From Balanoglossus misakiensis (taxonomy: Eukaryota > Animalia > Hemichordata), in contig CM082585.2 in NCBI GenBank assembly GCA_040954595.2, positions 8,505,649-8,569,648 of the forward strand: a stretch of 64,000 bases of DNA. Direction: 5' to 3'. Every line of letters starts with the position of its first letter. The stretch's first letter is position 1. This document shows, one piece after another, positions 26,138-41,100 of the stretch. A program made the position numbers and the translations under genes. A model generated the notes under the pieces. It was not told where the DNA came from. It saw only the letters and a program-made list of their open reading frames with translations, and did not search any database.

Positions 26138-29100
26138 CTGTTGACAAAAATTACAACATTTTTGAAAATGTATCCAGATTTATATTTTTAAACACAATGT
26201 ATGCGAATGTTATAATGTTAGCTATAAAATGTGCACAGAATCTAATATAATACATGTAGTGATTTCGTGACAATTTGATTATTTTCAAAATTGTGCTCGT
26301 TTTATTTACATTACCTGCTATAGTTTCTTCCACAGCACTTTTTTGACTTGGTTGTCTGCTCAGCGACAACTTCAGTCCGTGGGTCGGTTCGGGAGATCGC
26401 GGAGACTGCGGCGAAATCGGTTGATGCTGCTGCTGCTCTGGACTGCGAGGCTTCTCCTGAACATGTCCGTGCTGGTGGTGTTGTTCGGTCTTCGTGACGA
26501 CCCTACGACTCATTCTCTTGGTCACGTTGTGTTTTCTCGTCAGTCTCCTCGTCTGGAAGGCCGACGCTTCGCCCTCGGCGGGCTGGTCCGTCCGACGGAT
26601 GATGCTTCGACGCCCAAAGCTGTTCATTCGGTGCAATTCGGCGGCCGGCGCGGGAGCGGGCGGCTGCAGTGGTTGTACTGGGTGATCTTCACCATCATGA
26701 CTGTGGCTTGAACTTCTTCGAGATGTGATAGTTGCTATGGCATGAAAGACAAACGAAGAATTTTTATTTCTTACTGTGCCATCTTCACACTCAACAGCAT
26801 TAATACATAATAGGCATCCATCTTGTTTTCAAGCAAAACAACCCCAAATTACTGAATAATTCAAATTTTTTCACAGAATTAAACATGGAATGTTTCCTTC
26901 ATAGTTTGTGTGTAAGATTTAGCAGCTATTTCAAATATTCATGAATTTGAAGCAATTCAATTTTCTATATCAAAAATTTCTCACTATTAAGACTCGTTCT
27001 TTTTGTCTTAATTTCGATAGAAGGGTACAATATGATGGATACTTGTGTTTCACTATCCTACATAGACTTACCTTTCCTTGTCAGACGGCTCACAAATGAT
27101 CCAGCCCTGCTGTGCTTGGGTGATCCAACGACTCCTACATCAGGACCATCACCGCCAAAGTGTGTTGAACGAATTCCACTGGTCTCATTAGCAAACCTGA
27201 CATGGTCTGAAATATCAACAAAGTTTTCTGGGCATTATATTGGCTGATTTCATCGTGAACTTGTAAACGTCTGCCATGATTTTTACATCCTGGAACTTAT
27301 AGACTATAGAGGTGAACCTCAGCTTACAGCAGTATACCGGTACAGTACACAGAATAGTAAACTTTGAAATGGCCCAGTTGTTTGCCGTACAAGATTCTGC
27401 AGTCTTTACTGCTCGTCACGACATGCAACAAAAGGCAAGTGTATGCAAACATGCAATATAACAAAAAGTCTGATGAAAATCTGGAGATTGGACAGCAATT
27501 TCAAAACCACCAAATCCATTCTGCAGGATCTATTTTCAAAGACAAGACATGTATACAAACTGACACACAATATACAATGTAATCACATGTTTGTGTTCTT
27601 ACCTCTTGGCATAAAAGCGTTATCTTTGAGATCCTTGAGTTCATAGCAGAGTTCTGTAAGCAGTGTACCTTTACATTTTGGCACTGGTCGAAAATGTCCC
27701 TGCAGTTTCTCTCCGATACGACTCTGAATGATGGCTTCTGCATCTGTCTCACAAATCATTCGCATCATCTGTTCAGAAAAAAATAAATGTCAGATATGCA
27801 TTTCCATGATTTTATTTGACAGTATACATGTACACGTAGTAGCTCCTATATTCTATCCAAGATAGCATTTTAAGTGTCCCCGCTTGCGAGAATATTTTTT
27901 TGTGTGAGTGCTTAATACATGTAAATGAAAGCAACTCACCTTGTTGTGTATAAACGGTTTCAGGCCAACGTAGAGCGGTGGTCGGTATGTCACAAGGAAA
28001 TCCAAGAAACTCCATAAAGCTGGTCCACCTGGAGAGAGAGGGGATTCTCTGGTATCATTTCATGTTGATTAGCAGAATTGCAGTTAAATAGACAAAAATC
28101 ATTAACCGTTACAATATACGTCTCCAAACACAGCAAACATATGTCTACTCCACTGTGTGTATATAGCTCTTCTCTATATTTCACACATTACAAGATAATT
28201 TTTGTGAAATTTTGCTTCCATACCTAAAAGTCTGGTTCCAAGGTCTTTGATGGCATTGGTAATCCTAAACCAATCGTTTATCAACTGACTTTCAAAACAC
28301 ACAATCATTATCTTCAATCCTGTCAAAGGAAACATCATGGATGTCAATTCTTTCACAGAAGGTAATTGAAAGGTTCAGTCCAAACCCATTGTTTCCTATG
28401 GCAAGGTTGGACCACTAAAGAGGGAACTGGGGATGAAAGGGTTAAATAACTCCAATCTTACCAAGAAAAGCAGCTTCATAGAGAGAATCCTGCAGGACGA
28501 CGGACGTCTCGTGATACGACAGACTCGTGTGACTCGGCAGATCGGTGATAGATGGATAGGTGTGTTTGGTCGTCACGTGGATCGCCTGTCTGGGTGGTGG
28601 CTTCGGGGGCAGCAAGGCGTACAGAATGACAGTCAACGCAAACGTGATGTCTTGCTGGCGAATCACAGGCACCTCTGCAGAAAACGCATTGAATGAAACA
28701 ATCCAGATAAAAGAGCAGGTGAGAAAAGATGCGGGGAAAGAAGATCAACTGTATGTGATGAGAAGACATATAATGTACCACAGAAGATACATGCATATTT
28801 TATATGAAGGTGGTCATAATAGTAATGTGACTGACTGGCACAGTCAAACCTGTCTATAGCAGCCAGTCAAGGGACTTTACCGAACTGGCCTTTATATAGA
28901 GATCATTGCAATTGATGTACCTGTACATGTAAATTGCACAGAGACTGTAACAATATGGCCACTGCATACAAGTTTCCACTATGTACCAGTAGAGGTGGCC
29001 ACTAACACAGATTTGACTGTATAATAACATTCAAAACAATGAAAAACACAAAAAGCTAAATTTAAAGTAAGGTGGAAGGTCGTTACAGTCAAACAACCAG

Positions 29101-32100
29101 CCCTGTCTTTTTCATTGTGGGTGCAAACAGCATCTTTAAATTGTTGGCTGTTACTAAAATATCACCAGTGGTGTTTCAACAAAATGAGTCAATTTCATCC
29201 TCTGAAAAACAGATAAATAAAACCTGTAACATGAGCACTTTCTTCAGAGTGGTTTGACACGTAGTAAATGAAGGACATTGAGATTTTGAAAAAAAAAACA
29301 TAAAGTTAAAAAAAACAAAGTTACTGTACAGTGGCGGGAATCAAAATGAATGTGACTGTTTGAATACACTGATATCTGTCACCATGCAGTGCACAAGAAA
29401 TCTCTCTTCCAAGAGACAAAACCAGAGAGATTTTTAAAATATTGATAACTAGAAATATGATGTATCTTCACATTCATAATTTGTCATTCCTTAAGGCTAT
29501 ATTTCAATCCAGTCATCCAAGTGTAATGCACATTTTGTTTTGTTTTTAAGTCTATATTCTATTTTTGTTAAATTTAGTTTAACATTCGAATTAATACATA
29601 CATTTGCATTTGAAATGATAATTCAATATTCAAATTAGTGAATTAGATGATAAATGTTACTCGTGCATGATTTCAAACTCAGTTGATTCCAAGTTAGTAA
29701 TTTGAACTGAAGGTTGGTCAATGTGACCAGGCATTTTTGGTTGTAAATACTGCTCTTCGCAAAACTCCAGTGCTGAATATTTTGATTTTCTTAGCACTTT
29801 CTTGTTGGACCGATGTTTATTTCATTAAACTAAATGAATAACATCAGGCATTTATTTTACATCACGTTATAATGGTCCAATCCACTTTTGTCTTATTTGA
29901 CTCAACACCAACATAAGAAGAAATTTTATTTGTTACTGAATGTTCTTGAAAGTTTTATGAAGATTTCTTGTTAAAAATGGAAGCAAATATACTTGATAAA
30001 AAAGTGAGATAAAGATGAAGACAATGTCTCACAAGTTGATGTCTTCAAATCCACAGTTACACTGGAGTACGCCAATTGGCATCTGGCAGAAAAAAATCTA
30101 CAAAATGAAGTAAAATGACATCATACATGATGTAAAAATCAAGCAAACTAGGCAGACATGCAATACACAGACACAAGGTTAAGGGGTCACGATGATCAGT
30201 TTCACCTGCTTCATGATTGGACAATTACCCATGCACGTGCATGCCATCATGGCCACAGGGAGTCTCCTGTTTTGCATGAAAAACAGGGCCACCTATCACA
30301 GTGGTGATTTGCAAGGTATACCCTAAACTCACTCTCCAACACGGGTGGCACGGTGCTACGCCCGAGTTGAACGGTCAGTTTAGGGTTAAAGGTGAACTCT
30401 ACCTTCCTCTGTGTCCATGTCTGCCATTGAAGGGTTATTGGTGTGGTGGAGATTAGACCCACCTGGCCGTCCACAGCCAACCCTGATGCACAGCGGCAAC
30501 AGAACGTGAAGCAAGACGTTCTCTGTCTTCTCCTGGCTGTTAAACACCGGCATCCCTCCAAACACTTGCTCTAGTGTGTACTGATCCTATCGCCAAAATA
30601 AAAAAATACAGAACTCACGTCAAAATATACAATTCACGCGGAGCAGAAAACTACCCTGTGCTTCAAAGGACAGTTTTCCACCAGAATTTGCTGCAGACAG
30701 AATTAAAACTATTATCACATGGATACTTTCAAAACATTTTCTCTTTCCAGATATTTATTAACTGGTTACATCATTATTTTTAAAACAAAAATCTTAGAAA
30801 TTGTTTTTACACCAGTTGCATTTAAGTCTTCCTGACCTTCACACGCGCAGTTATGAAAACAGAGTACTGAATATATCATCACATCACTAGTAAATTCTGC
30901 CGAGATATCAAAAGCTGTGCAGTTGTCGTGCTTGGGTACGGAAACACATTAACTGCAGGTAAAAAGCAGTCAATAGTAGCGCATCTTGTATACACACAGC
31001 TAAACCCTCCTATCACCACTTAAATTTGGTTCAACCACCATTGTCTTCAGACCAATACACATTAGAAATGGGGGAGGGCAGGGTGAAATGAAAGCGAAAT
31101 ATGACAGGCAAATCTGCCAATGTTGGAGCATAACACAAGAAAGTAGGGGTGAAAGGTTGCTGTGAATGGTCTTAGAAGTGAAATATGGACTTGCAAGTAC
31201 ATGAACATGTAGAGGCAATGGGCTAAATGTGAAAATGGAAAATGGAAAAATGTGAGGATAAGTACTTTTGTATAATCGTAGACAACTGTTTCACACAAAT
31301 TGGCATATGAAACAGACTTTACAACAATTCTTATCTATTTCAAAACGCACACATCCACTCACTTCAATCATAACAAATTTCACATTGTCTGAATGTGAAA
31401 TATATCCTTTATATCTGCACACACACACAGACTTTAAATATAAGACAATTTACTAAAAGAAAAAAGGTTCTGTGATACACCCTTTTCATAAATCTCGTGC
31501 CCTCATTCAGCCATCATGAATTTGAACTCAAAGAGAGGCCAATGGTGAAAGTTGACCAATCACATCAAGGGGATGTCCCAATTGGCCTCGCTTTGAGTTC
31601 AAATTCATGAAGGCGCAAGACTTATGAAAAGGGTGTATAGCATGGATAAGCAGGTTGGATAATTAAGCTCAATTAAATGACAGCTAAAACGCTTATCATT
31701 AAAACCATTCCAAACAAATTCAACAAAAGTAAAATCTCTTTTAAAAGGAAATTACTTGCTATGCATTCATCATAGCCTAGAATTACGTATACAACTAAAC
31801 TGATAAAGCTGGAATAAAATAAAATAAAAGAAGCCAAAGGAAGGCAATTGATGTGTGTCTGATATTTAAGTATTATTTCTTATTATTTTATTACAATTAT
31901 GATAAACATGAGAGTTGGCAGAGATAACGGGATGACGTTAATTGTGTATGTAAAATGGGACTGTCGGTTAGTATATGGATTGTATGTTAATATATGTATA
32001 TATGTAGATTTATGCAGACATGTAAATTTATGCAAATGATGTTTATTTTAAAATGTTATGGCATTATTCTTGAATGGATAGAGAATGGAAATTACATGAC

Positions 32101-35100
32101 AGTGCTTGTATAGAGTTGTTACTCTGTGTTGGTATTCATCACTGCTGGTTGCTGTTACTTCAAAATTCAGCCAATGGCAGACAAGCAATTTCACAAAATT
32201 GGCCAATCAAAGATTTGATCCTAACAACGCAAGGACAAATTGACAGTCAGAGCGGTTGTGTCATCCTAAACTTTGTACCGGTTACACATGATTCGATCAC
32301 CATGTCAACAACTTTATTCACTGACTTTTTATGCATAAGGTTTTTATAATTGCTAAAAAAACAAGACAACTCTTTTTTGCTGCTTGAAAACCAAAAAATT
32401 GCTCATGCGATTGGAAAAAAATCATGGCATGTTATTTTGAAGTATTGACAAACAGCAGTAAATGATCAACCACACACAGTACAAAGTTGACAGCATTTTT
32501 GTATGGGGGATGTAATATAATTAATGTAAAAATGAAGAAGTTATTAAATTGAAGATGGCAAGTTATATCTGTAGAGAAGATTTGAACTTTGAACTTTGAC
32601 ATGAACTTTGACATGCAGTATGTTGTGCCTGGAAGAGTCACATGACTTGCCTTGGGGCGTATCCACTCAAGCTGCCAAGGTATAATAAAGGGATTTTGTT
32701 TAAACATCAGTCATGAGTAAAAAAATTTAGGGGAAAAAATGAATAAACGAAAAAAAAAACTAAGAAAAAACTACACTCAGTAGAAGACATTAACATGCAA
32801 GTTAAAAATGAGGATATCAGTGAAGAAGAAAAAAAGTAAAAAAAAGACAAGAATGTTTTTTCAAAATGAAAGAAGACATGATGTCAGTCAGAAACGGTTT
32901 TATTGTTACTGTGTAAGATGTGAGGGAGAGATTTTGTGTGTGTTGGTATCCAATTTTTTTAAAAATTATTCTTTAAAAATGTTTTAAAGAGAAAACATTG
33001 AACCTTTACCTTCAGGAGTCGGTAGATTGAAATAAATATTTAGCCAAAAAATGATTTTTTTTTATGAAAAAGAGCAAGCACTTGAAGATATTATCACAGC
33101 AAATTCACTTCAAATTATAAATAAAACAAAAAATTAATTACCGAGAGAAAAAAACTGCTGAAAACCCACTGCAAAGCATGCTGTTTATTTTTTTTAAATT
33201 TATAAGCAAAGAAACACATTTCAACAAAAATTGTCCAGACTTTAATAACTCAGAGTTTATTATATCTTTTTTGCATTACATTTTTCTTAAACAAGGCAAA
33301 GGGGAAAACAAAAACTATATTACTTAATGTAGATAATTACCTGCAGTTATGTACATCAGCAGACAAAATTATCATTAGCCGATAGATTTATTTTAAAGTG
33401 TACATCTTACAGGAATAGTATATCTTACCATTACCACCATGCATTAACTTACTATATCCACTGAAAGTTAAAGAGTTGTTAATTAATTATTATTAACCTG
33501 TTTTTACCAGCTGTAAAAACGCCCTTATAGTCCATACCTTTAGACAGTGCATCTGCATAGCCATGATCCGTACCACCGTAGAGCAGAAGACTGGGGGAGG
33601 GGTGAACTGAACTCCCCCCGTGGGGCAGGACAAGTGAATCAAGGGCATGCCATCGCTACCTCCGGGCTGTGATCCGTCGGCTAACACCAATGCAATGCAG
33701 ACGTTGATCAGGCTCTGGCAAGAGAGACAATTTAAAATAGTCAATTTTTTATGTATTCAGTATTTTTATTCTGTGTACCAAACGCGATTTCTTGTCCAAC
33801 TCCAGCATGCTAATATATACCCTGTTGGCCCCTTGTCAACATAGCATGTATGTGTGACAGCCAATTAAGACCCAATTAAGAGCCAGTCCATTTAACATTG
33901 TGATTTTGAGATCTTACCTTGAGGTGTGGCAGGTGAGCGATAATGTTCTGTTTACTCATGGTGAGGTAAACTCCTTTCAAGAAATTGGCAGCAGACTCCC
34001 AGTCTAGATGACGCTGTCAAATGACAAAAAAACCCACATCAGTCAATTTTTTGTTTGTTTAATGAATACCACTTTTCGACCAGATATACGACTTCGTCGC
34101 ACGATGATTCACCTCGCACAATAAAAAGGCTGAAACAGAATACAATCTAACTCAAATACTGTAATCTTACCCTGAGTATGGGTTTCTTGAAAATCTTGTT
34201 GAAAAGTTTGTCTAATCTTTTCAGGATTAAATTCAGAGCTGGTCTCAGGGCTTCGTTGGTCCAGTCTATCAGAGGTAACATCTCTGTCATATACCTGCAA
34301 GAAATTCAAATCTTTGTAGGTGAAGCACCACCATTTTTGTGAAAAATGACAGGTTGATTTTGGTAGAAACAGAACCCTCACATTCACCACAGCTATGCTT
34401 GCTTACCTTTGTATGCCTTTGCAACCCATAGTAACAGGATCATAGGGTGCCACTTTCAATAAACTGTGGGCGATGTCTGCCAATTTCTGAAAACAGAAAC
34501 AAGATCATGTATACGGCTGAAACCTTAGTCATCAAATAATACAGTGGTGTACGTAGATGATTTTGGTAACCACTGCACTGACACCAAAATAGACAAGTCA
34601 GTTTACAACATTTCTGAACGTAAGTGAAAAAGCCAAAACAATCTTCAACATCACTTATTCATGATTGGTTAGATTTGATTTGATTTGATTTGACTGATTG
34701 ATTGATTTGGACTCTTCTGTACATGTCTCAATTCGCAATCCAAAATGTCCTGACGATCTCACCAGTTCACACTTGTGGTCCAACAGGTCAGGAATCTGCA
34801 CCCTCGTTTCTATCATTTTCCGGAGCTGCTTGAGACGAGGAGTGCACCAACAGAAGAACTCGGCGGCGATGTTCAGGATTGTGTCGCGAGGCTTCCGGAA
34901 TTCTGTCCGGATCTCCACATCATCCAGGTCTTCTTCATACCTCTTCCTCGTCTTCTCATCCATGAATCTGTCCGGATGCGGGAAGAAAGGGATTTTAGGC
35001 ACATATGTGGCAACTAAGCTCCATTTCATTAATTAAATTGCCAATGGTTCGAAAGTAATAAGTTTACCACAGTGGCAAAGTGGCTTTAATATTGCATGTC

Positions 35101-38100
35101 AAGAAACTTGCAACTATCCGTTTTACATTTTATTATGACTACACCTGGGACAGCTATTCACCAATCATGGGAAAGAAACAACTCACAGTCTCCAATGAAA
35201 AGTTTACAGACCTTATTTTGATATCGTCTCCTCTCATGATATCCACCGTGTAATTGTCTTCATCCAAGTGCGGCGACCGAGGACCTGTCGATCGCTTGGA
35301 GGGTTTCTTCAACGAACTTGGTCTTGAACTCGCATTCAGGGAACTCTTAAAACTCGATGCTGCGTTGACTGTTTCTACCTTACGGATGGGGCCACTCATA
35401 TTTCTGAAAGTGGAATAAGTATATGCATCTCTATAATATCAGTAACCTCTATTTATTTAGTGTGTGTGTGTGTGTGCAGGGACATAGACACACGCAATTG
35501 GTTTTGAGTCACTCACCTACTGAAGACTTCACAGCTGCTGATAAGAGCTTTTATTGATATGTTTAGATCTGTGATAGTGGCTACTTCTGACTTGGCTGCT
35601 GAGGGATTGTCCCGTTTCTGTGTTTGTTGTTTGATATGTCTAAGATAATGAGGTAATATAGCTTCTAGAACAGTCTGAAAAAAAGAGATAGTTACTTTTA
35701 TTTTTGGATAATAATTGGCTTCTTCAGTAGCAGTCACATTTTGACCAATCAGCTCTTGGCTTAAGAACCATTTTGCACCAACCAACATCCTTCTTGATGA
35801 TTGGACAGTGAGTCTAACATCTTCAACGCCGGCGGACAATTTTGGCCAATCAGAGGTGAGGACTCACCATCATCTGTACGCTTCTATTTGCCTCTGGTGC
35901 ATACGCTACCACTGTCACACACATCCTAATGGCATCAGTCACTGAAAAGGTCATCATCGGGTCGTTGCCATAGCAAAAATCCTGAGGAAGGAAGAATACA
36001 TTTCACACGAAAGAGTTTCATTGAAAAAGATGGGAAACCACTAGAGATGCTTGATTACCCTAAAGCAAAGACAGGCTGTATGAATACAAACACCCCTGTC
36101 TTGATGATTATGGACTCTTCTTAGCCAGGAATAAAACAGGGCGATTCCATTAAGACACCACCCTAGGGATGTATTATATACACTCACCAAGGTTTTGAGA
36201 GGTTTATCACCAGTTACCAGATCAAGAATATCCAACACATCTTTGCTTTCTCTCTCCAGCGATAGAAGCAAATTGAAAAGTGATCTGGCAGGCACCTGCA
36301 AGCAAAATAAGAAGTGAAATTATATTGACTGAAGGATCCAGTATTTATATCTCCATTAGCTATAACTTTTCGCTATGTTTTCAGTACGACAGCACCTTAC
36401 CTTACTAGGAATAATTGGCACTTCTGTAGGGTGGAAGTCTGCATCGTACTGAAGAATGCTCGCCACTCCGCCAAACATCTGTAGTAAAAAAAACAAAATC
36501 CGCAAAAATTTTCAGAATCAAGCCCATTCACATCACCACAATGCTGTGGCTACTAAGTAAGTTTGGACAATTTACTGCAAAATATATCAGCAACAAAAAA
36601 CAGAAATGTATCCAAAACCCTGACAAGTATTTTCTTGTTAAGTTTGTGTCTAAAATAATTTCAGAAATACCACAAAATACTCTGTACTGCTCAAAAAACT
36701 GCAATTTGCTCTTTTTGCTAAGTTTAACTTTGTTGGAAAGCTCATAAGGGCATCGCAGTCCATGTTTCAATTCTTACCTGAAGTATGAAAGGCTTTCTGT
36801 GTAAGATGTAAAACTGACGGCAGGCGAACTGAAAAAGAGTTAAGTTTTTCATTATTACTTTGGACCAATCAGACTGCAATTTGAGTAATAAACACTCAGA
36901 GAAGTGAAATGTGATTTCTGCATGTCTTACCTCTATTGTACTGGTTATCAGAGGGTTCGTGTGTTGGCTAGCGTAGACTTGAACCATGTTGGGAATGATG
37001 TAGGTATACCTGGAAATCACAACAACCATTAAAGTGAAAATCAGGCACACGAAAAGTGGAAAAGACAAGAACAGGAACAGAAGAGAAAAGCACAAAACAT
37101 AACAGAACGCAACAGAGCAGAACATAGTACATAAGCAGATTTGAAAAATAACAGAGCAATTATCAATTATTAGTCAGTACAAATATGAGAAGAAACCACT
37201 GAAAAAGACCAGGCATGGAATTGATACTAAAATATACTCTCTCCACTACCTACCCTTTGGTGGAAAAGATATGCTTGAGGTGTCTGGCAATGTTGATGTA
37301 GGCAGCGATGCAGTATCGGAGGACATGGGACTCCTCACAGTGCAGTAAGATGGCACCATTGATGACGTTGAGAAACAACTGGATATCTACGCCCCAGTTG
37401 AAGTCTGACGACATCCGACACACCATGGTCGTCATCAGCTGTTGAGATGTGTAGGAAAGAGTTCATAAAAAGAGTCAGATTATAAGTATATACCCCGTTA
37501 TATAGTCAGATTATATTTATCATCATGAACAGAAATGCCACTAAATTGTTAGACAATCAAATTTGGGCATTTTGGGCGGAGGTGTATATTCTGTCTAATT
37601 AGTCGGTTTCCAGTGAATATTTAATTCTCAGGTTAGTGTGTCTTGCCTTACCTTTGACCAGATATATTTGTGTAAGACATCCAAACCGTACAACTCCTAG
37701 AAGAAACAGACAAGAAAAAGAGAGATGATACTCAGGTCATAGTGGGAGTGGGTACGACACACATAACCAGAGTACATATCGGTATAGATTCCTCTTATAT
37801 CAAAAGACAGGCTGACTTCAATGGTTAACTTTTTTTAACATTTCAGACTTTTGGGAATGATCCAGAACACCAACGCCGGAATGAGAGATAGATTTTTCTT
37901 TACCTTTCCCATTTTTTCCATGGCATACAGGGAGAACTCGGCATCCAGAGCTTTCCTCGGGAAGGATGGAAGCCTCATCATTTCAGAATGTAGGAAGCTC
38001 ATGTGTGTGCTCAACTGGAATGAAAGCAAAAGACAAGGAGCCTGCATGGTTAGCAATTGCAAATACTATTTCTATCCTCCAGGAAGATGCTGTTTCCCAG

Positions 38101-41100
38101 TTGTAGAAGGTCAGACCATTCATCTACATTTACCATCTTCATATTTTCTTGTGTAAACAGCTCACCCCTTGAACAAAAGACTGTGTACATAGACTGTGTA
38201 CCGGTATTGTAGACTTTGTGTACTTACATGATTGGGCGGAGTACTCAATAATATGTAAAGTGTCAGGTAAACTTTTCCAATCTCTGCTAATTTGGAAGTG
38301 AAAGCCTGTAACAAAACAATGAAAGAGTATGTCAATATTTTATCCATATCACTCCAAATTGTAGGCATTCTCTCACTCTGCAGAGAAACATACCTTAATA
38401 CAAAATGAAATTTTCTCCAATGCTGTTGGATATGATCGACTCAAACTATTTACCTGTTTTTGTAACTGGGCATACCCTGTGTCTTTGTCCATCTTTTTGA
38501 GGATTAACTGAGGACAGTGCGTTCTCCTGTACGCATACTCATCTCGTACATATGTCTTCATATCTAGGAGTTGATCTGCAACGATAAACACACGCACTAT
38601 ACAGCTCAGTATCTCTTAGCCATTTTGTTTGATTGCGAATTTACAACACTGATTTTTGGGTATCTTTTAATAATTCTCACAAGAAAAAAAGTACTGACAC
38701 AAATTCCACACACAGAATTAAAGACATACGACCCTTGACTTACTTGTTTTCTTGTCCACCAGGAAGTGTGATGTGTATTCAGTTTCGTCAATATTAAAGA
38801 ATTCCAGGCAGTCTTGGTAGATCTGTTCAAACTGCATGTCCTGATCAGCAGAAAGAAAAAGATTACACAGTTCATATTCCAGATGTGCAGGTCATTCTTC
38901 CATCAATATTACAATTATTTCTATTTTTCTCGAAGATAGGAAAAACAACTGTGAACTTACATCCATGACCGGCAGCTGGGTTGGAATGTCAGATTCTTCA
39001 GGTCCGTGGACAATCAGTTTCTGTACAAAACATTAAAAAAACACAATTGAGAAGACAATTCGTAAATATTCTGTTTATTTTGATTACAAGCACTACCAGA
39101 ACAACAATTTCATGCCAATATCAAAACAAAGTTTGTTTGCAAAACCCTTACCTTGGCACTGGGAACAAATGCAGTGACCATAAGAGAAGCCTAGTCAGAC
39201 AGACAGAAAGACAGGTTCAGATTTTAGAAATTATTCGACTCATAAAAAGTAACCTTACACATGTGTGTCATGGGTGATTGTGCCTGTTTGTGTGTGTGTG
39301 TGTATGAACATAATACAAATGAACAACCCTCTACAAAACCAGGGGGAACAGCAATGAATTTCCAACCAGAATAAACTTACATCACACTGTTCTTTTTTCA
39401 GTGACTGTTTGAGGTCTTTGAAGAAGACACCCTGTACGTACGGCTGCACTCTCCAAATTAACGTCAAGGTGTTGGCGATGGCTTCACTGGCACCCTCTTG
39501 AGGGGACCTGCAGTAATACATCAGGAGGCCAAGCTGCGATGGTTGGAGATAAAAACGAGGCGAGGGTTAATGGACCGATTGGTCACCATAATATCTCTCT
39601 GGGACATGATTTAAATAGGTACAAATAACTTACCAGATAATTGAAAAGACTATGCGCTGTCTGAGGTGGCAAGATGTCCATATGGGAAAGTAGTTTTTTC
39701 AGAAGCACCAATAATTCTTCCTGAATACAGAAGCGAAAAAAAAAAGACCAAAAAGTAGTAAATGATTGTTTTACACATTAAGTTTAAAATTATTTTTACA
39801 TTGCCTGGCGCTGTAATCAGTGTTTGATCTTTGCTTGATTCTTGGTCTTACCTGTTTATTTCTCTTGGTAAGTTTTTCCAGGAAGTATCTCAAAAACAAA
39901 GCAGGTTCTTCAACCAAACAATTCCAGATCACCTTGTATGCAACTTCACTCACTGTAAATGGCACATACATGGTCAGATATAATGTTTTAACAATATCTC
40001 TGTGGTACCTAAACTTGAAATAATTTACTTTGGAATTTTGAAAATACAGTATATCTGTGTGAGATGCGTCTATCAAAGATCATATAGTATAGTGTAAGAC
40101 ATATACTTTTTTGTAGAAAATTTATCGCTTTTGGTTTTTTCACAAATACACTGTTCCTAATATGGGTTTCATGAATATTTTACATTGCACTGTACCAAAT
40201 ATGGGATTCTTCATGAATATTTAATATTGCACTATACCAAATATAGGATGAAAATGTAAGTGTATAGCATCTTTACTCTAAAGCTCATTGAGCTTCAGGT
40301 TAAAGACACCATACCACTAGTTAACACAGCAGGTTTGCTCGGGCAGACAAACAGAATCGGCCGTCATCAAAATCAGGATAGCTACCTGCGACTCCTTCCT
40401 CGTTCACTTCGCCGTCGTCCAGAAGTCGTATCAAATGAACAACCGCAGCACAGATGCATGACGGGAAAAACACCTGCGTCGTATGTGAATGGCCATGCAT
40501 CTGTCTCTCGGACCTTTCACTGGAAGGGTTCTCTTCATCACCTGGGATACAACACAGCAACACAAATTTGCATGTTAGCCCCGAAAAAATCTGCATAAAG
40601 CAGGTGTTCAGGAAGATAGATAGAGACAAAGAAGCAGAGAGAATGTACAAGAGTTGGGAAGCATTTACAGCGTAAAAAAGTACAATACATAAGTTGAGAA
40701 AGTGCATTGAACTTTGATATGAAGGCTTAAGTTCACATTATGATGTTTAACTAATCATGGAAGTGAAAAAACAGGCAAAATGGGTAGAAAGCAGAATTTA
40801 TTACAATAACTATCAATAATACTCAGTTTTGGGGAAATTCCCTTCTATTCCATCACCTACTATGAGGAAAAAAGAAAACAAAAAACCATAAACAAGATAA
40901 TAGTTGAAAAAACAAACGTGCTAAAAATTAAAATTACAAGTCAAGGAAAAAGGTCAAAACTATCCCTGGACTCTGAGGAATTTGGATGACGGATTTCTAA
41001 TTTCTAGAGGAATCAATAAAAAGGAAAAACTAAATCAACGATCAGTGCATTAAAATGAAATTTAAAAATCAAAGTATTATAAAATCTGAAAACAAGAAAG

